Both the position numbers and the translations under genes were made by a program. A DNA stretch of 63,303 nucleotides, counting the filler, from Octopus bimaculoides (Eukaryota): the NCBI RefSeq assembly GCF_001194135.2. It is 5 parts of 5 records of this genome, joined end to end, with 100 filler letters (N's around TTAATTAATTAA, not from the genome) between each part and the next. Parts side by side here need not be neighbours in the genome. Positions count along the whole stretch, not along the records: positions 12,140 to 37,518 come from NC_068985.1; 4 more parts are not named here. One strand, 5' to 3'. Below are positions 13,010 through 28,399 of the stretch, piece after piece. The notes under the pieces were generated by a model that did not search any database, had not been told where the DNA came from, and saw only the letters and a program-made list of their open reading frames with translations. Positions within the stretch are counted from its first letter, which is position 1; each line of letters begins with the position of its first letter.

Positions 13010-14000
13010 TAGGGACGGTAACTTTCCGTTTAACGAATTAACGTTTACGATAACTTTAGAAACCATTAGCTGACCAATTAGCTTCCGCTAACTGTAGTTC
13101 GATTAACTTTAAATCCGCTAACAGAATTCATACGTTTGTTCTTGTCTGTTGTGGGCGTATCTTGAATATCCATCAGATACGTTATTGGTTGACTGCATGT
13201 AGAAGGGACACGAGAAGAATGGTCGACGCAGCAGCAGTTAGCTGAACAGTAGTGTGTAATTCTGCAGTTTTGAGTTGTGTTTACTTACGACGTTGTCACA
13301 TTACAGACAAACGTATTGTGTCAGTGACAGCAGTGTACGTTATCGGCTTATCAACTTATCGCTTATCGTTATGGAAGGTGAACACGTTTTTGTTCGGCCT
13401 GAGGATGAAGGGCCTGTTGAGGAGTCTTTGACGGTTGAGGGTGAGGCAGAAGTCACTCAGGTTGAGAGCCATGAGTCTCAGGACCCGTTGTCCCCAACTG
13501 GATGATAATTTTGTCCTTAAGGTAAAAGATAAGAGAAACGCCAAAATCCTGTACTTCCGGTGCGTCATGTACCAGCCCATGGACACCACCGTTAAAGGAC
13601 AAGTTGTGAGGCTCTGCAACTTGAAGTGACACCCAACGTGTGCCATCCAGCTTGAGGAGAGGATTGACGCCGGCTCTTCCCGTGCGAAACACAAGCAATC
13701 TTCTAGTTTTAGTTCCTGTAGCCGTTCATCGCAGTTATGTGCAAAGAAAGCACACAAGCCAAGCATTGGCGTGGCGTTTACCCAAACTGTTGGCACTGGC
13801 ACCCGTCAGTCTATGGTGGACAGAAAGATTGAAGACCTGTTTGTTGACAGCATGCTACAGCTGTGTGTAGTGGAGTCCGCCACCTTTATCGTTCTGATCA
13901 AGACGCTGAACCCCAGGAAGACGTCGATGTACCACCGTACCCTCAGCAGGATGCTCTAGGCCAGCCAGAAACAGCTCGTGGATTATCTAACAAGGTATCT
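13010..14000 (+). mobile_element. hAT DNA transposon 5' part (decayed BED finger and DNA-binding region)
   Basis: Starts TAGGGACGGTAAC. Broken ORF reads YFRCVMYQP...CNLK*H, then IEDLFVDSMLQLCVVESATFIVLIKTLNP. Confidence 0.75.
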
Positions 14001-14069
14001 ATAAATTAAAAATATGCAAGTTTCTTGAATTATTATTATGGTGTAGTTCATATTTTCTTGAGTTAATTA

Positions 14070-14460
14070 TTTAATTGCAATTTCAAGCGGCCGAAATGAG
14101 GTTCCTTCGAATGATTTGTGGGTGACGTTACTGGACAGTGTACGTAACTCGAGCAAAAAGGAGTCTCTACAGATTGAGACCCTTTTCCTACGCATTGATA
14201 GGTTAGACCTCCAGTATTATGGGCGTAAGTTAGAAACGTCGCAGAAGTGTCGCGAGATGATTTCTTCAAGACATGCTAACCGGTAGGATATGTAGAGTTA
14301 TACCAAGTCCGAGATGTTGGATATTAACTATGATCTTACTTGGTCACACCAGAGAATTCAATTGGAAAGTGTAATGACGAGAGCTTGTGATAGAAACCTA
14401 TGGAGGAGGTGCCAGAAAGCTCTATCCCGCGTCACTACGAGGTCTAGTGGGCGTAGATGA
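14070..14460 (+). mobile_element. RTE LINE C-terminal fragment
   Basis: QAAEMRFLRMIC..TLLDSVRNS...LQIETLFLRIDRLDLQYYG. Confidence 0.8.
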
Positions 14461-14489
14461 TGGATATATACACCCTGCTGATATATGAT

Positions 14490-14640
14490 ATACTTCATCT
14501 GTTTAATCGTTGGGTAAATATTGACATGAGTTTTTACACGGAGCCCTGTTAAGACCTTCTTTAATCGTTTAGGAATGGTCTCCACGAGCGACCATTCTGA
14601 ATTGTACCAATTTCTGTCCAATTGTTTCACCAATTTAAAG
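14490..14640 (-). mobile_element. Possible RLE retrotransposon C-terminal remnant
   Basis: ETIPKRLKKVLTGLRV resembles the GALGTIPK..L..LGI tail. Confidence 0.3.
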
Positions 14641-16036
14641 CATTTTTTCTCTAGCCAGGTTTAGAGGAATGAGTAGCGCTGATATGTTTTCGAGAAAGGA
14701 AAGATTACCGGTGGTGATTAGTGCGCGACATGCATTTTATTGATCATGACAAAAGTGAATTGAGGAATCATGCAAATAATATAGCAAGGTCTGATTGAAG
14801 TTGCATGAACTTGTCCAGCTCTGTGGCTGATCTCATCAACTTAGTCCTTGCTCGAAATTGCTGCCCTTGTGCCAAAAGTTGAAACCAATATTTAAAAAGT
14901 AGTAACTACGGGTCGGAGCTTAACATAGTTATCTATATCATTGGTTTAAAACTAACTATTATATTACAAAGGTAACATTACCTCGGTCTTAAAAGCCTTG
15001 TCTTCTCAAAAAGATTAACTCGTCTGAAAAAATGCCCTCAACTATTGATAACATCCAACAAAGCGAAAATAGGCCTACAATGGAAATGTTAGACTAAAGA
15101 ACAATTCCTTGTAGTATTGTCCACGTATTGTATTTTCATTTTATAATATTATATATCGCTATGATAACTAACAAATCAGAGAGCCATAAAAATGGTACAT
15201 GTCTTATGGAGAAGCAAAACTAAGCTGTGAAATAAACACTAAACATGAACTCACAAGTATATATAAAGGGATTTATGATAAAAAATAAGAATAAAAAAAG
15301 ATATCTGAACAATATTAGAAACAGAAGTAGAAAACGCAGATAACGAACACAAAATAGAATATAACAAAAACAACTGACTACATACACACATAAAACAATG
15401 ATATGCTCATGCAAACCAGCATTTACATGACAACGCAATCCATCAAACACAAAATGCAGAGACCACCACAAAAGAAAATACAATAAGACAACAAAGACGA
15501 CCTTTTTACTATGAATAAGCTTTGAAAACATATGAAAACATTACAAATCTTTTTATCACGTGAGCGAAAATGGCTGTACAATCAAGCAAAAGAGAACTCG
15601 GGACGATTGAACACAAATAGTAAAACAGTTAAAGCAGGGTGAATATCAGACATGTCCATGGAAACAACTAACTAAACAACCATTCACAATACAGTAGTAG
15701 ACCCTCAACTTCATTGTTAACAACGAAGAGAATAAAAATACACAACAAAGCTTATTAAATATAATAATTATAATTAAGAAAAGTTTCTCAAGAAAACAAA
15801 CTAAAGAAAGGGAGTAAAATAAAATCAATAGCTATTAGTCAAAAGATAACTGTATCAAACCAGCATATCAAGGGAAGAATAAGTACAAATAACGAGTATC
15901 GACAAGGAACTATTGATACAGATGCCAACTCAAACACCAGGCGCTTAATTAATTTAATCTCCCCCATGCTAGAAAAAGTTTAACGAGATGGTAGAAGGGT
16001 TAGCACGTCGGACAAATTGGTTGGCGTCCTTTCCGT

Positions 16037-17471
<1,435 letters not shown>

Positions 17472-18655
17472 TTCCGTCGGCTTTTACGTAGTCCGCCCTG
17501 GACTTTACTTCTCAGCCCCCGGTGTCTATAAGCTAAAGTACTAGCGGCTACGTACAGTGGTCTATGTAACCGACTTGCCTTCTCCTCTCAAGATTGCCGG
17601 CATTGAATCCTGCCGCAGGCTCGCATCCCGTTCGAGGGGAATGTGATCTCAGATATCTATATGCCATGACAACTGGGTAACCGACCTTATGAGTCCTACG
17701 GCTCCAGACAAAAAAAAAATGACTGTACAGTGATGAATAGTGCTTGACCGGTAAAATTTATGATAAAATTTACTACCTGAGATTTTACAAGAATACAGAA
17801 ATTTCTGTCGGAAATACTTAACCCGCATTATTTAGTCTGTTTGATATTAGGACCGATCAGACAAGAATCTGATAAATATAATATGAATACAAGCAAAAAA
17901 AAAAAAGAACATAGGAAACCTTAACTCTACCGACATTTAATTTGTTTGCCACCAACCCACAAATTCGTTACATCGTCCATACTCTGTAACTAGCTGATAA
18001 CGCAATAACATACAACCAAAGTTGTACACAGGGTTTGGAAGGAGTAGATAGTTAGAAAGAGCCGGTGCTGGCCAACATAGTAATTACAAAAGACAGGAAT
18101 ATCGCACACATAAAAAACCAAGAACATATGGTGTAATTAGCGATAGGCATTTGATTGCATACTTTCTTTTTGGCTACAGGAGTTCTTGCGTAAATAATTT
18201 ATCAAGAACGTTATGTTGCACATTTCTTCATATTTTAGTAAACTTAAATATGTACTCTTTTCCCATACGTATAATGAACAACGGTCAAAACTGTATGCCT
18301 TCCAGAAATGTATGCATATGTAACAATCTCAGTAAAAGTTTCTACTAACAATTATTACGTAATTTTGAATCACTTCAGGATGATTATTGGCTTCAGATGA
18401 ACCTTCAAATAGAACGTCTTGCCAATATTCTTTGGAGCAATGTACAACCCACAGGCTCTTATTTACCAGCTTAAATTAGTTCGGCGTTTTCCAAATTTCA
18501 GTTGCATCTCTCATTCAATCCATTATTCATTGACAGCATCCACCGTAACCCCCTATTTCCAGTTGTTCTGTAGTTCAAGATTAAGGATGTAACAAACACA
18601 GAAATATATAAACCCTAATTTCAGTCCATTGGTATACGCACATGGCTATACATAC

Positions 18656-18978
18656 GTGCAGGCGCGTGACTTAGCGGTTAGGGTATTCGGCTCACGATCT
18701 TAAAGTCATGAGTTCGATTCTTGGCGACACGATTTGTCCTTTAGTAAGACACTTTATTACACGTGTCTCCAGTCAAATCCGCTGCTATGTATGAGTAGTA
18801 CCTGTATTTGAAAAGGCCAGCATTATCACCCCTTTCTGTATCAAGTTCAACCTCCCTGAGAATTAAAATAAGGGTGTCTGTGGAGTGCTCAGCTACTCAC
18901 ACATTAATTTCACGACCAAACGATTCCGTTGATCGGATCAACTGAAGCATTCGTCGTCGTAACTGACATAGTGCCAGT
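18656..18978 (+). mobile_element. tRNA-derived SINE, second family
   Basis: Head GACTTAGCGGTTAGG...GAGTTCGATTC and core AGTAAGACACTTTATT..CTCCAGT, shared with 47893-48238. Confidence 0.75.
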
Positions 18979-20109
18979 TACAGATACGTGTATACTGTTG
19001 CCGAGACTATGTCAACCTTTTGTTCTCGTTAAATTTGCCATTCTGTCACTTCCGTCTGGACCATTTCGATTTTGCATATGTCCGACCCCATGAAATACTG
19101 AAATATATACACGTTTGTTTCACTTCAATGGAATATATCTCGCAGTGAAATCCTCGTCGAAAATGAGGTTCCCCGTGACAAAATGTATGGAAGTGGAGAG
19201 TGTGATTGCTAGAATATGTGAGTGAGAGATGTCAAACTGTTACAATGCAGCTAAACAGTTACAATAGACAGTCAAACATTTACAATACACGGCTAAATGG
19301 TAATGAAACAACTTTGCTTATCTCTGCCTATGTTCTATTCTTAAACACTTAGCATCAAGCATTCAATTAATCAATTTATCAATGATTATTTATTTACACA
19401 AAGTGTGGTAATTATTGATTGATAATTATCATAATGAATAAGAAATTAAAGAGTAAATCTATTGGAACATTAGGCTAAACGTCTATATCGGTTGCTGTAG
19501 GTTCTATTCAGCTATGTTACAAAAGGTGCCTATTTATTCTGACATAACCATGTTGAAATGTGTCTTTTTTACTGTGTCTTATCTATGCTGCAAGAAAGGC
19601 TATTTACTCTGAGTTAATTACGTTGCAATAAAGACTATTGTGTTAATACTTGTAGTCCATATGATTTCTTTTAGGGAACAGTGAAAATTAGCATTTCTGA
19701 CGAGGACAGTTCTTTCAGGGACACTTTTATTTTGTACATGATCGGCAGGAGTCAGCAGTTTAAGTAATCACTGAAACTAGTTTTTGAGATATAGATTAGT
19801 CTTATATAGATGCATGAGTAAAGATAAGTGGCCAAGAGCTTGGAGTATTTAGCTGATTATCATAAAGGCATTTCTTTAGTTCCTCCAAATGTCCCACCCT
19901 CGATGTTTCATTGGGTGAAGGCTGAGTGCAGCATAGTGTGTATCTTTGATTGCTTGCGACAAGCACAGACATCTAAATCTGTTCGTGAAAGCATGCTACA
20001 GGTTATCTACCGACGTTACTACAAATGTAAATATATGAACGGTTTGGTTGTGAGCTGTGCACAAGTAACCAGAAAATGTCAATACTATATGGCACGAGCT
20101 TATAATATA

Positions 20110-20325
20110 AGGCGGTGAGCTGCCAAAATTGTTTGCAGGCCGGAAAAAATGCTTAGTAGTATTTCGTCTAACTTTACGTTCTCAGTTCAAGCTCCAATTA
20201 GGTCACCTTTACTTTTCATCTTTTCGGGCCGATAAAAATGAGTAGCAGTTGAGCACTGGGGTCGATATAATCGACATACCCCAACTCCCGATATTGCTGG
20301 CCTAGTGCCATAATTTGAAATCAAT
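20110..20325 (+). mobile_element. SINE, third family (Sauria/Meta-like central domain)
   Basis: TTTCATC...GGGCCGATAAAAATGAGTA core. Other copies lie at ~20710-20865 and split around the foldback element (15983-16036 plus 17472-17590). Confidence 0.7.
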
Positions 20326-23300
20326 ATATGAAAATTTCTCTCGAAATTGCTCTCACGAATAAGAATTTATCCTGAAGAGGTTTTTTTCTTCTTTTTATAC
20401 ACAGATGATATAAAACGATATATTAACCATTATTTATTGTTTCATATTGAGTGATACGTGGGATGGAGCTTGTTTTTAAATCAGAAACTCGGAGGTCTTC
20501 GCTGCTAGGTCTTTTAGCAAAGCAAATCTTAATTTGCAAATCTCTCCATTTAATTATTTAGACAAAAATTCCATTAATGTTTACATTAATATTTAGTTTC
20601 TACGCATTGTTTCGACAGATCTATCCCCACCACCCAATTTTTTGCAGTAATCTGGTTTACGAAAAATGTTTGTGTAAAATACTGTATCTATATAAAATAT
20701 TACTAAAGTACGTTAGTATGCCGGACAAAATACTTTGCGTTGTTTCGTTCGTCTTTACGTGCTGAATTCAAATGCCGCCGAGATCGAATTTGCCTTCCAT
20801 CCTTTCGGGGGTTTGATACAATATGTACCTGTTGAACATTGGGGTGATGTAATTTATATTGTTAAATGCATACGTTCTGATTTCAAAACCTAGCAACACT
20901 AATGCTATCGCTACGATAACATAAAATATATAGGAAACGTATTCTGATTTTGGTTCAATCAATTCTAACATTACTCGACATATGTCAGTCACGTGACAAT
21001 CTATTCGATAATTATAGCCTACAAATATTTGACCTCTTATCGAACACATCATTCAATCAGTGATTAGTCATCGTTGCATTGTTGAAATATCACACGAACT
21101 CGGAGAATGATTGATATTTGAGATCAATACTGCAAGACAACGGAACATGATTGAGTTATCTAATACCCAAACTAATTTACATTAAATTGTAACATATTTG
21201 CTGCGATATAGATTGCACCATGAATCTTGTGATAGACAAACACTAAATCAAACCAATCAGCTGTGATTTTTACATGGAAAAGCGTTCGTAATGTTTGACG
21301 AATATTTGTTTATGGGTATCTTGTGTTAATTCTTTATGTGATAGTGGTAATTTGTCTGGGGTCTATTGATTACAGAGAGAAACTTGAAGTTGAAGATACA
21401 GAGAATGGCTTAACTGCGCATTGAACCCATGTAAAGATAGCGTAGATCTATAATGCGTCAATAAAAGCACTGTAATGTCAAATGAACATAATGCATTAAA
21501 TTAAAACATGTCTGAAGCGAAGTCAATAACAACGTTGCATTGGTAAATTCCAGTTAAAATAAACTGTCCTATGTTATTGGGTCCCTTCAAGGACTTGATA
21601 TCTAATGGCGTTATTTTAGATCTTATATTTCATTTCTCAGGAGTCGATAAGTAGAAATAATATACTGACAGAAAGTTGATTTAACCGATTTTGTGTCTCT
21701 ACTGTAAATCTACAGATTTCTACTCATTCATCAAAACTATGAAGTCCAATTATTTTAATTTTCAACGCAGCCTCACTTCTAACAATGTTCTACACCTGAG
21801 AATCTACTCAGTCGTTCAATATATTAGAACAAATAGCCACATTTGACTAACTCGCTGTCTACCTTCAAATGCCAGAGTGTACATTAAGTGCAACCTATTA
21901 CTAGACATATTTACAATAATGTTGATCATATATGTACTGGATAAGGGCAGCCTTGGATGAAACAATGACAAACACGTGTTTGTGTGTCTGTGTAAGTGAT
22001 TTTACTCATTTATATGTGTAGTAAAACCTCGTCAAGTTATATCTTTCACATTCATCCTTTTTTAGAATATAAAATGCTAATTCTTTTTAATCCATGAAGA
22101 TAAATAGTAGATGAAATAGGAGGTGGAGAATATTTGACAGATATTGCGTAGAAACAGGAGCGAACAAATCCTGACACCTAGTCTTCAGAGACGCTATAGT
22201 GCTAATAATCTATATTATGTCGCTACACACATTCTAATAATGTTCCTACGTATTTGGTCTGCATTTAAGCACATACTTTCGTTCAATAAATTGCTATTAT
22301 ATAAAACTCATTTGTTCTTTAAATTTTGGTATAGAAGAAAATCAGAGAAGTATGTGGTAGCCATGTTTGTCAGTGCCTAATTAACCGAGAATTTTTAGCC
22401 AATATTGTATGTTGTTGGCTTTCTTCTATAACCTTTGTTATTATAATTCCTTGTGTTACCACTGTTGTTCATGTAACTATTGTTGGTCTCTGATTTCTTT
22501 TTGTCCATTGGTTTTATCGCGTTTGTTGTTATTTCTTCCGGCCGTAGTCTGAGCGCACAAAAATTTACAGACTAACTCAGAAAACCGAATAAAGGATTTA
22601 ATATTAAAAAAATAAACATAAACTAATAAAAACAAATTATCGAACATATCAAACAGCGAAGATTTAATACACAGTCTCTGTTGTTTTTTCACATCCCTCT
22701 CTATCACCAACATTTCTCTCTTTCTCCACCTCTCTCTTTCTCCACTCTCTCTCCTTCTCACTCTCTATCTCTCTCTCTCTCTCTCTCTGTCATTCCATTA
22801 TATTCTCTCTCTGTCTCTCACTCTTTCTTTATTCTATATCTTTCACACGCTTTGTCACTCAGCACTCTCTCCTCACACTTTGTCATTCTTTCTCTTTGTC
22901 ATTCTATTTCTCTCTCTTTTCCACCTCTTCATCCGTTCCCTCATTTGCATATTCATCGGTCTGGATGTTGTTTAAGCGGTTCTTTTTGTTCATTTTATCG
23001 TCATCTTCGTTGCTAACCTGTTGTCACTAATGTCGCATCCTTGTTCTCTATGTACTTGCTATCTTTCTTATTGTTATTTGCTATTACAGTTGGTGGATTC
23101 GTTTTTCACTGCTTTCCTTATATATTAGTTATTTTCTTCTCTCTAATCCATTAGTCATAGTAAAATGTAATTATAAACGCAAAACCGGCTGTCTTATGGA
23201 CGTTGGACGAAAAAGAAAAAAAGAGATAAAGAATCAACGAATGTGTATCTAGGCGTCGGTGGCTGACGTATGCATCTATTGTTTCTGTATAATGATCATG

Positions 23301-23655
23301 AGAATTTACCTTCCATATTCAACATCATTGAATATTCTATCTAAAGTTTGGAAATTTAATTAAAATTTTATAATCTGTTTTATACTTGAAATATACTCAA
23401 GGGACTTACAGACATTACGGGCAACTTCCGTTATATTTTATGCAATTGGTTTCTATAGATTCGTATTTTACTGGGGTTTTTTTTTTGCGTTTTCCCTTAT
23501 CTCGGTAACTTTTTCTTGCCGTGCTGCGTTTTGTCTAAACTGGCTTATTTTTACATTCTACTCTTATTTTCATCTTTTTCCCCTTAAGTACACACAGCAT
23601 CTCACATATGCAAATGCATTCTATTGCACACAGAGGCTCACACTGTCCCATATGC

Positions 23656-23712
<57 letters not shown>

Positions 23713-23876
23713 TGTATATATGCATATATATATGTATTATATATATATTATATGTATACATGCATATATGCAAATATATATATATATATGTATATTTATA
23801 TCTATGTATATATATATATATGTGTGTGTGTATAAATATATTCTTACATATAGAGATGAGCACACATATAGATGTG

Positions 23877-23934
<58 letters not shown>

Positions 23935-24464
23935 ACTTGCACACACACACACACACACATACNNNNNNNNNNCACACACACATACATATGCATACACACA
24001 CAGACACAGACACACACACACACACATGTATATGCATATAACACTTTTATGTTTATTTCTTTAAATTTAAGTATACTTTATGTTCCTTGCGTCTTTTGCT
24101 TTTTTATTCCTTCATCAATTCTTCATTTTATTCTAATTTTTAATGTTGCTTTATGTGTTTAACGCTTTTTCTACATGTCCCTTATTGTTATAATCAGCTA
24201 AACAAAGAAGGCGAAGATAACCATACATACACACGCGTTTATGCATGTACGCACAGTCTCATATATACAAACACAGCTTATACATCAGAAGCATCATAAA
24301 GCCGCCCATTTAATATACACTCATATACATGATAAACATACTTCATACGCATCCTACATGCACATTTACAGAACCTAAACACTCGCACTAATACACATGA
24401 TAAACAAATGTACAGAAGCATTTCATGAATAGATCAAGATACATACATACATGCATACATACAT

Positions 24465-24505
<41 letters not shown>

Positions 24506-26258
24506 CATATATATACATGCACCTAAGCTTATACACTTATACGCATAATCACATACACCCATACACATTTCAGCGCATAAACACATATACACATACTCTA
24601 GCACAAATATTCACATATGCATATACACATACATCTTCACATATACACACATACATACGTACACCAGAGAAAATTAATGAAATAAAAGAACAAAAACACA
24701 ACACAATGCTGAACAAAACACCTGCTTGCTTAAACCATTTATTGAAACCAAATCGATTGTATTGATTAGCGATTTACGATAGACGTCAAATACTATTATA
24801 ATAAGACAGATAGTTTGGAGAATAATTAAAGCTGAGAATTGGAGAGGTATTTGTATAGCTGGCTAGATGTACAGCAATCCTTGGCTTTTTTTTTTGGCTT
24901 AAGGATGTCTTTATGCTTCATTGACCCGGACAGAATAATAGGCAAGGAACAAAAGAAACACTTCATATATCTTACTATTGTTCCTTTTTAGATTCTTGTT
25001 TCGGCATCCACAAAACTCTCATAGTAAGATCAATAGTGGTGGAGTAAATGTGAAGAAGAAAAGCAGCTGGGATCTTGGCGCGGCGAACGAAATATTTGCA
25101 ATATTTTGATTAAAATATTTCTCGGAAATACTTCAGCTTCTAACAATTTTACTTGTGAATAACCTTGCAATTCGTGAAGAAAACAAATTTGAACGTATGT
25201 AAATATATTCTATGAAATATGAATTTCTAGGTAAACACATGAGTACTGAGGGGTGTGCTATACTCTGTTATCGAATGCCGGATTCGTTGTCTCATCAGGT
25301 GGTGAAGCAACATTAAAAGTGTGTTGGCCCCTTCGAACGTGACACTAGAGCCGTACGAGGCCAACCGCTAATGAAGGTGATAAAACTCCCACATATCAAC
25401 ATGAGCTTTGGTGAGTTAGAAGTCGCAACTCTTGGACAGATGTTTCTACCTTCCTCAATGATTCTTGCTTCACCACTCGTCTTCTCTACTAAGCCAGCTA
25501 TAACAGCTTGATTTTTCAGTGGTCTCCGACATCTTTCAAGCAATAAATTTGGTCTTCTTCAGAGCTAGTCTAAGTCATCTAAATATTAAAAAAAAAAAAA
25601 AAAATCGACCTACAATTTTGCTTTATGTGACGTATAACAAATAAAAAGAACTTGATATTTTCCATTACTCTGAGTATCAAATCTGTAGGAATACAACATA
25701 TGATTTTACATGAATAATTTCATGTTGCATGATTGTTGGCTCTAATGGTCATCTGGTCCCCGTCTGTTAGTAATGACCATGTGTTGAGGGTCCAAGCATC
25801 CTGAGCTGCTGCAACAGCGTTGTTCTTGGAGTTGGTGTCTTCCATCTTCTAGGATAAAGTGTGCAATAGAATCAAAGTTTTCATGCTTTAGCAGTATGAT
25901 ATGAAGTGTTCCTCTTCTTCCCATCACCGATAATACAAGACGAACCGAACGGACATTAAAATTTGCGCCTTGCCGGGCAGGAGCATCTATGACAGCCTCC
26001 ATCTGATGCGCTACATCATAAAGAGGGTTCGGGCGCTGCTTAATTTGGATGAATGTATATATATAATTACAAGTGTTGAAATACCTATATAATAGTTTAT
26101 GTACAGTAAGATATATGCGAAAGTGAATGTATATGCGTGTGTAAAAGGATGAATGTCTACTAATACACACACATATATATACACTGTTATGTTTTTCGTT
26201 TTTTGGGTTTTAGTGTTTGTTTCGCTTTTGTAAATATTGTGTGTAACGACATAGACTT

Positions 26259-26346
<88 letters not shown>

Positions 26347-26849
26347 TCTTATTAACATCATGATTGTAGTGATGATTATTGTAACATTTTCTAACTAAAA
26401 GCGTAATGATGTATGTAAATGTATATGTGTATGAATCTATGTGTGTGTATATATCTATATATGCTTATAAATTCATCTGTATGTGTGCATGTAGGTGTAC
26501 GTATATGCCTATGTAAATGAATATACAGTGTGAAAATCAGCGCCCGATTCCTGTTTTAGGGTTGATATGTATGACTTCCCAGCTGTGAGATACTTTTGAC
26601 TCCCAATCCTTTTTCTCGGGCCGGGATATCAAAGAGTATTAACAACATGATACATGGTCCAGAGGTAGTAACGTCCCAAAACAGTCAGTAATAACCTGCA
26701 AAACAACGAAGAAAGTCAAGACTTCTCAGAAATTGGGCGCTACTTCTGAATCATCCTGTATCAGGTTGAGTTAAAAGTAAGCAACGCTTTGAAACCTGAA
26801 ATTCATCACAATATATTTCAACAATGCGGAAATTTTACTCATCAAAGTA

Positions 26850-27880
26850 AGTACTATGCCAATCAATACAAGTGTGCTAACGAGTTACAAGTTTGTTTAT
26901 TCCGGTAACATATAAATCTGAAGTTCTGGAGCTGATGAACTCTTTGAACGCATTTTCAGCATCGGTTTGATTTTGGAACTCCTTCTCTTGCAGGAAACCA
27001 TCACGTTGGTTGAAAAAGTGGTAGCCGTTAGGAGAAAGATTTAGGGAATAAACTGGGAATAAACTTCGTAGCCATGTTCGCTCAAATTCTGGAGCGTCAT
27101 TAGTAAAACGTGTGGTCGAGCATTGTCATGAAGAATGATTGGCCCTTATCTGTTGACAGGTCTGGGATAGATGACTAGCAGTTTTTCGTTCATTTTAGCA
27201 ATTTCATAGCAATATGCTTCTGCAGTAATGCCTTTTACTGGTTTTAAGATGTGATAGCGGATGGTTCCAGCAGTACACCACCAAACAGCCATCATAACCT
27301 TCATTTGGAAGAGCTCGGTTTTAGGAAAGGCTTTTGCTGCTCCATTTTGGTCCAACCACTGCGAAGAATGTTTTTCATTATGGTACAGAATCCACGTTTC
27401 ATTGCGTTACAATACAGTCGAGAAATGGATCTGTCTGGAAACAGAAGAAGCGACGAGCAAATTTCATATCTACGCATTTTCTGATTTTCATTCAAATAGT
27501 GTGGCACCCATTTGTCGAGCTTTCTTGATTTTCCGATCGCATGCAAATCGTTGCAGGCAGTTTTCTAGCTAACTTCATGTTCTTTTGCCAGTTCTCGAGT
27601 GGTTTTACGTGGATCTTTCGCAATGACGGGCTTTAATTGACCATCATCGATGAGAGAGAGACATCTGCTACGCTAACGATCTTCATGGCTCAGGTACCCA
27701 TTGCGAAACCATTTCAGCCATTTTTGAGTTGACCACTCACTGGTCATTTCCTCACCGAAAGGTTCGTTGATATTGCGAGCAGACGTTTCAGCTGCTTTAC
27801 CTCCTTTTTTAAAGTTGAATAGCAAAATTGCTCGATTATGGCGCTTTGACAGTCCTATTTCAGATGATTGTAAGAACGGT
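26850..27880 (-). mobile_element. Decayed mariner (Mos1-like) transposase
   Basis: GKSRKLDKWVPH; KVMMAVWWCTAGTIRY; GPIILHDNARPHV. Confidence 0.9.
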
Positions 27881-27940
27881 GAAAAAATATCAATGTTAAT
27901 TTATTGATGCATTTGAGCAAGTCTGTATTATCAGTCGATT

Positions 27941-27975
<35 letters not shown>

Positions 27976-28399
27976 AATTCAAAACTCAGTAAAATATATA
28001 TTATTCAATAGACACAATATATGTTTATGTGATACTCACGGTTTCTTGTACTGAGAACATGCCAAATAATGAATTATAACATGTGTAACATCTCGGTATA
28101 GTTATCAGGTACAATCCACCTTGCATGACGAACTAAAAATTAAATGAGAAAAGAAACGCGAAAAGTCGAGAAGGAAGCATATAAGCAACGAGGAAGGTTA
28201 AACAACGGAAAACTGCAAAGTAATCAGATATAAGTAAAAAGGCAAAAGCGTTATCTTCCTTAGACTTTAAATTATAAGACTGGAAAAATAGCGACGAGTT
28301 ATTCAGATTTAGGCGGAAATTTACAATTATTCACAAGGAACTTAGGGATATGCTTAAACACGCTGAAAATTTCATACCTAGATTTCAGTATTGAGTTAG

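Noticed and set aside
19828-20118. Cys-containing 96-aa ORF
   Set aside because: No recognisable domain or consistent splice sites, and it runs into a SINE.
25520-25570. CTGAAGA...GAAA on the minus strand
   Set aside because: Stems II and III do not pair convincingly.
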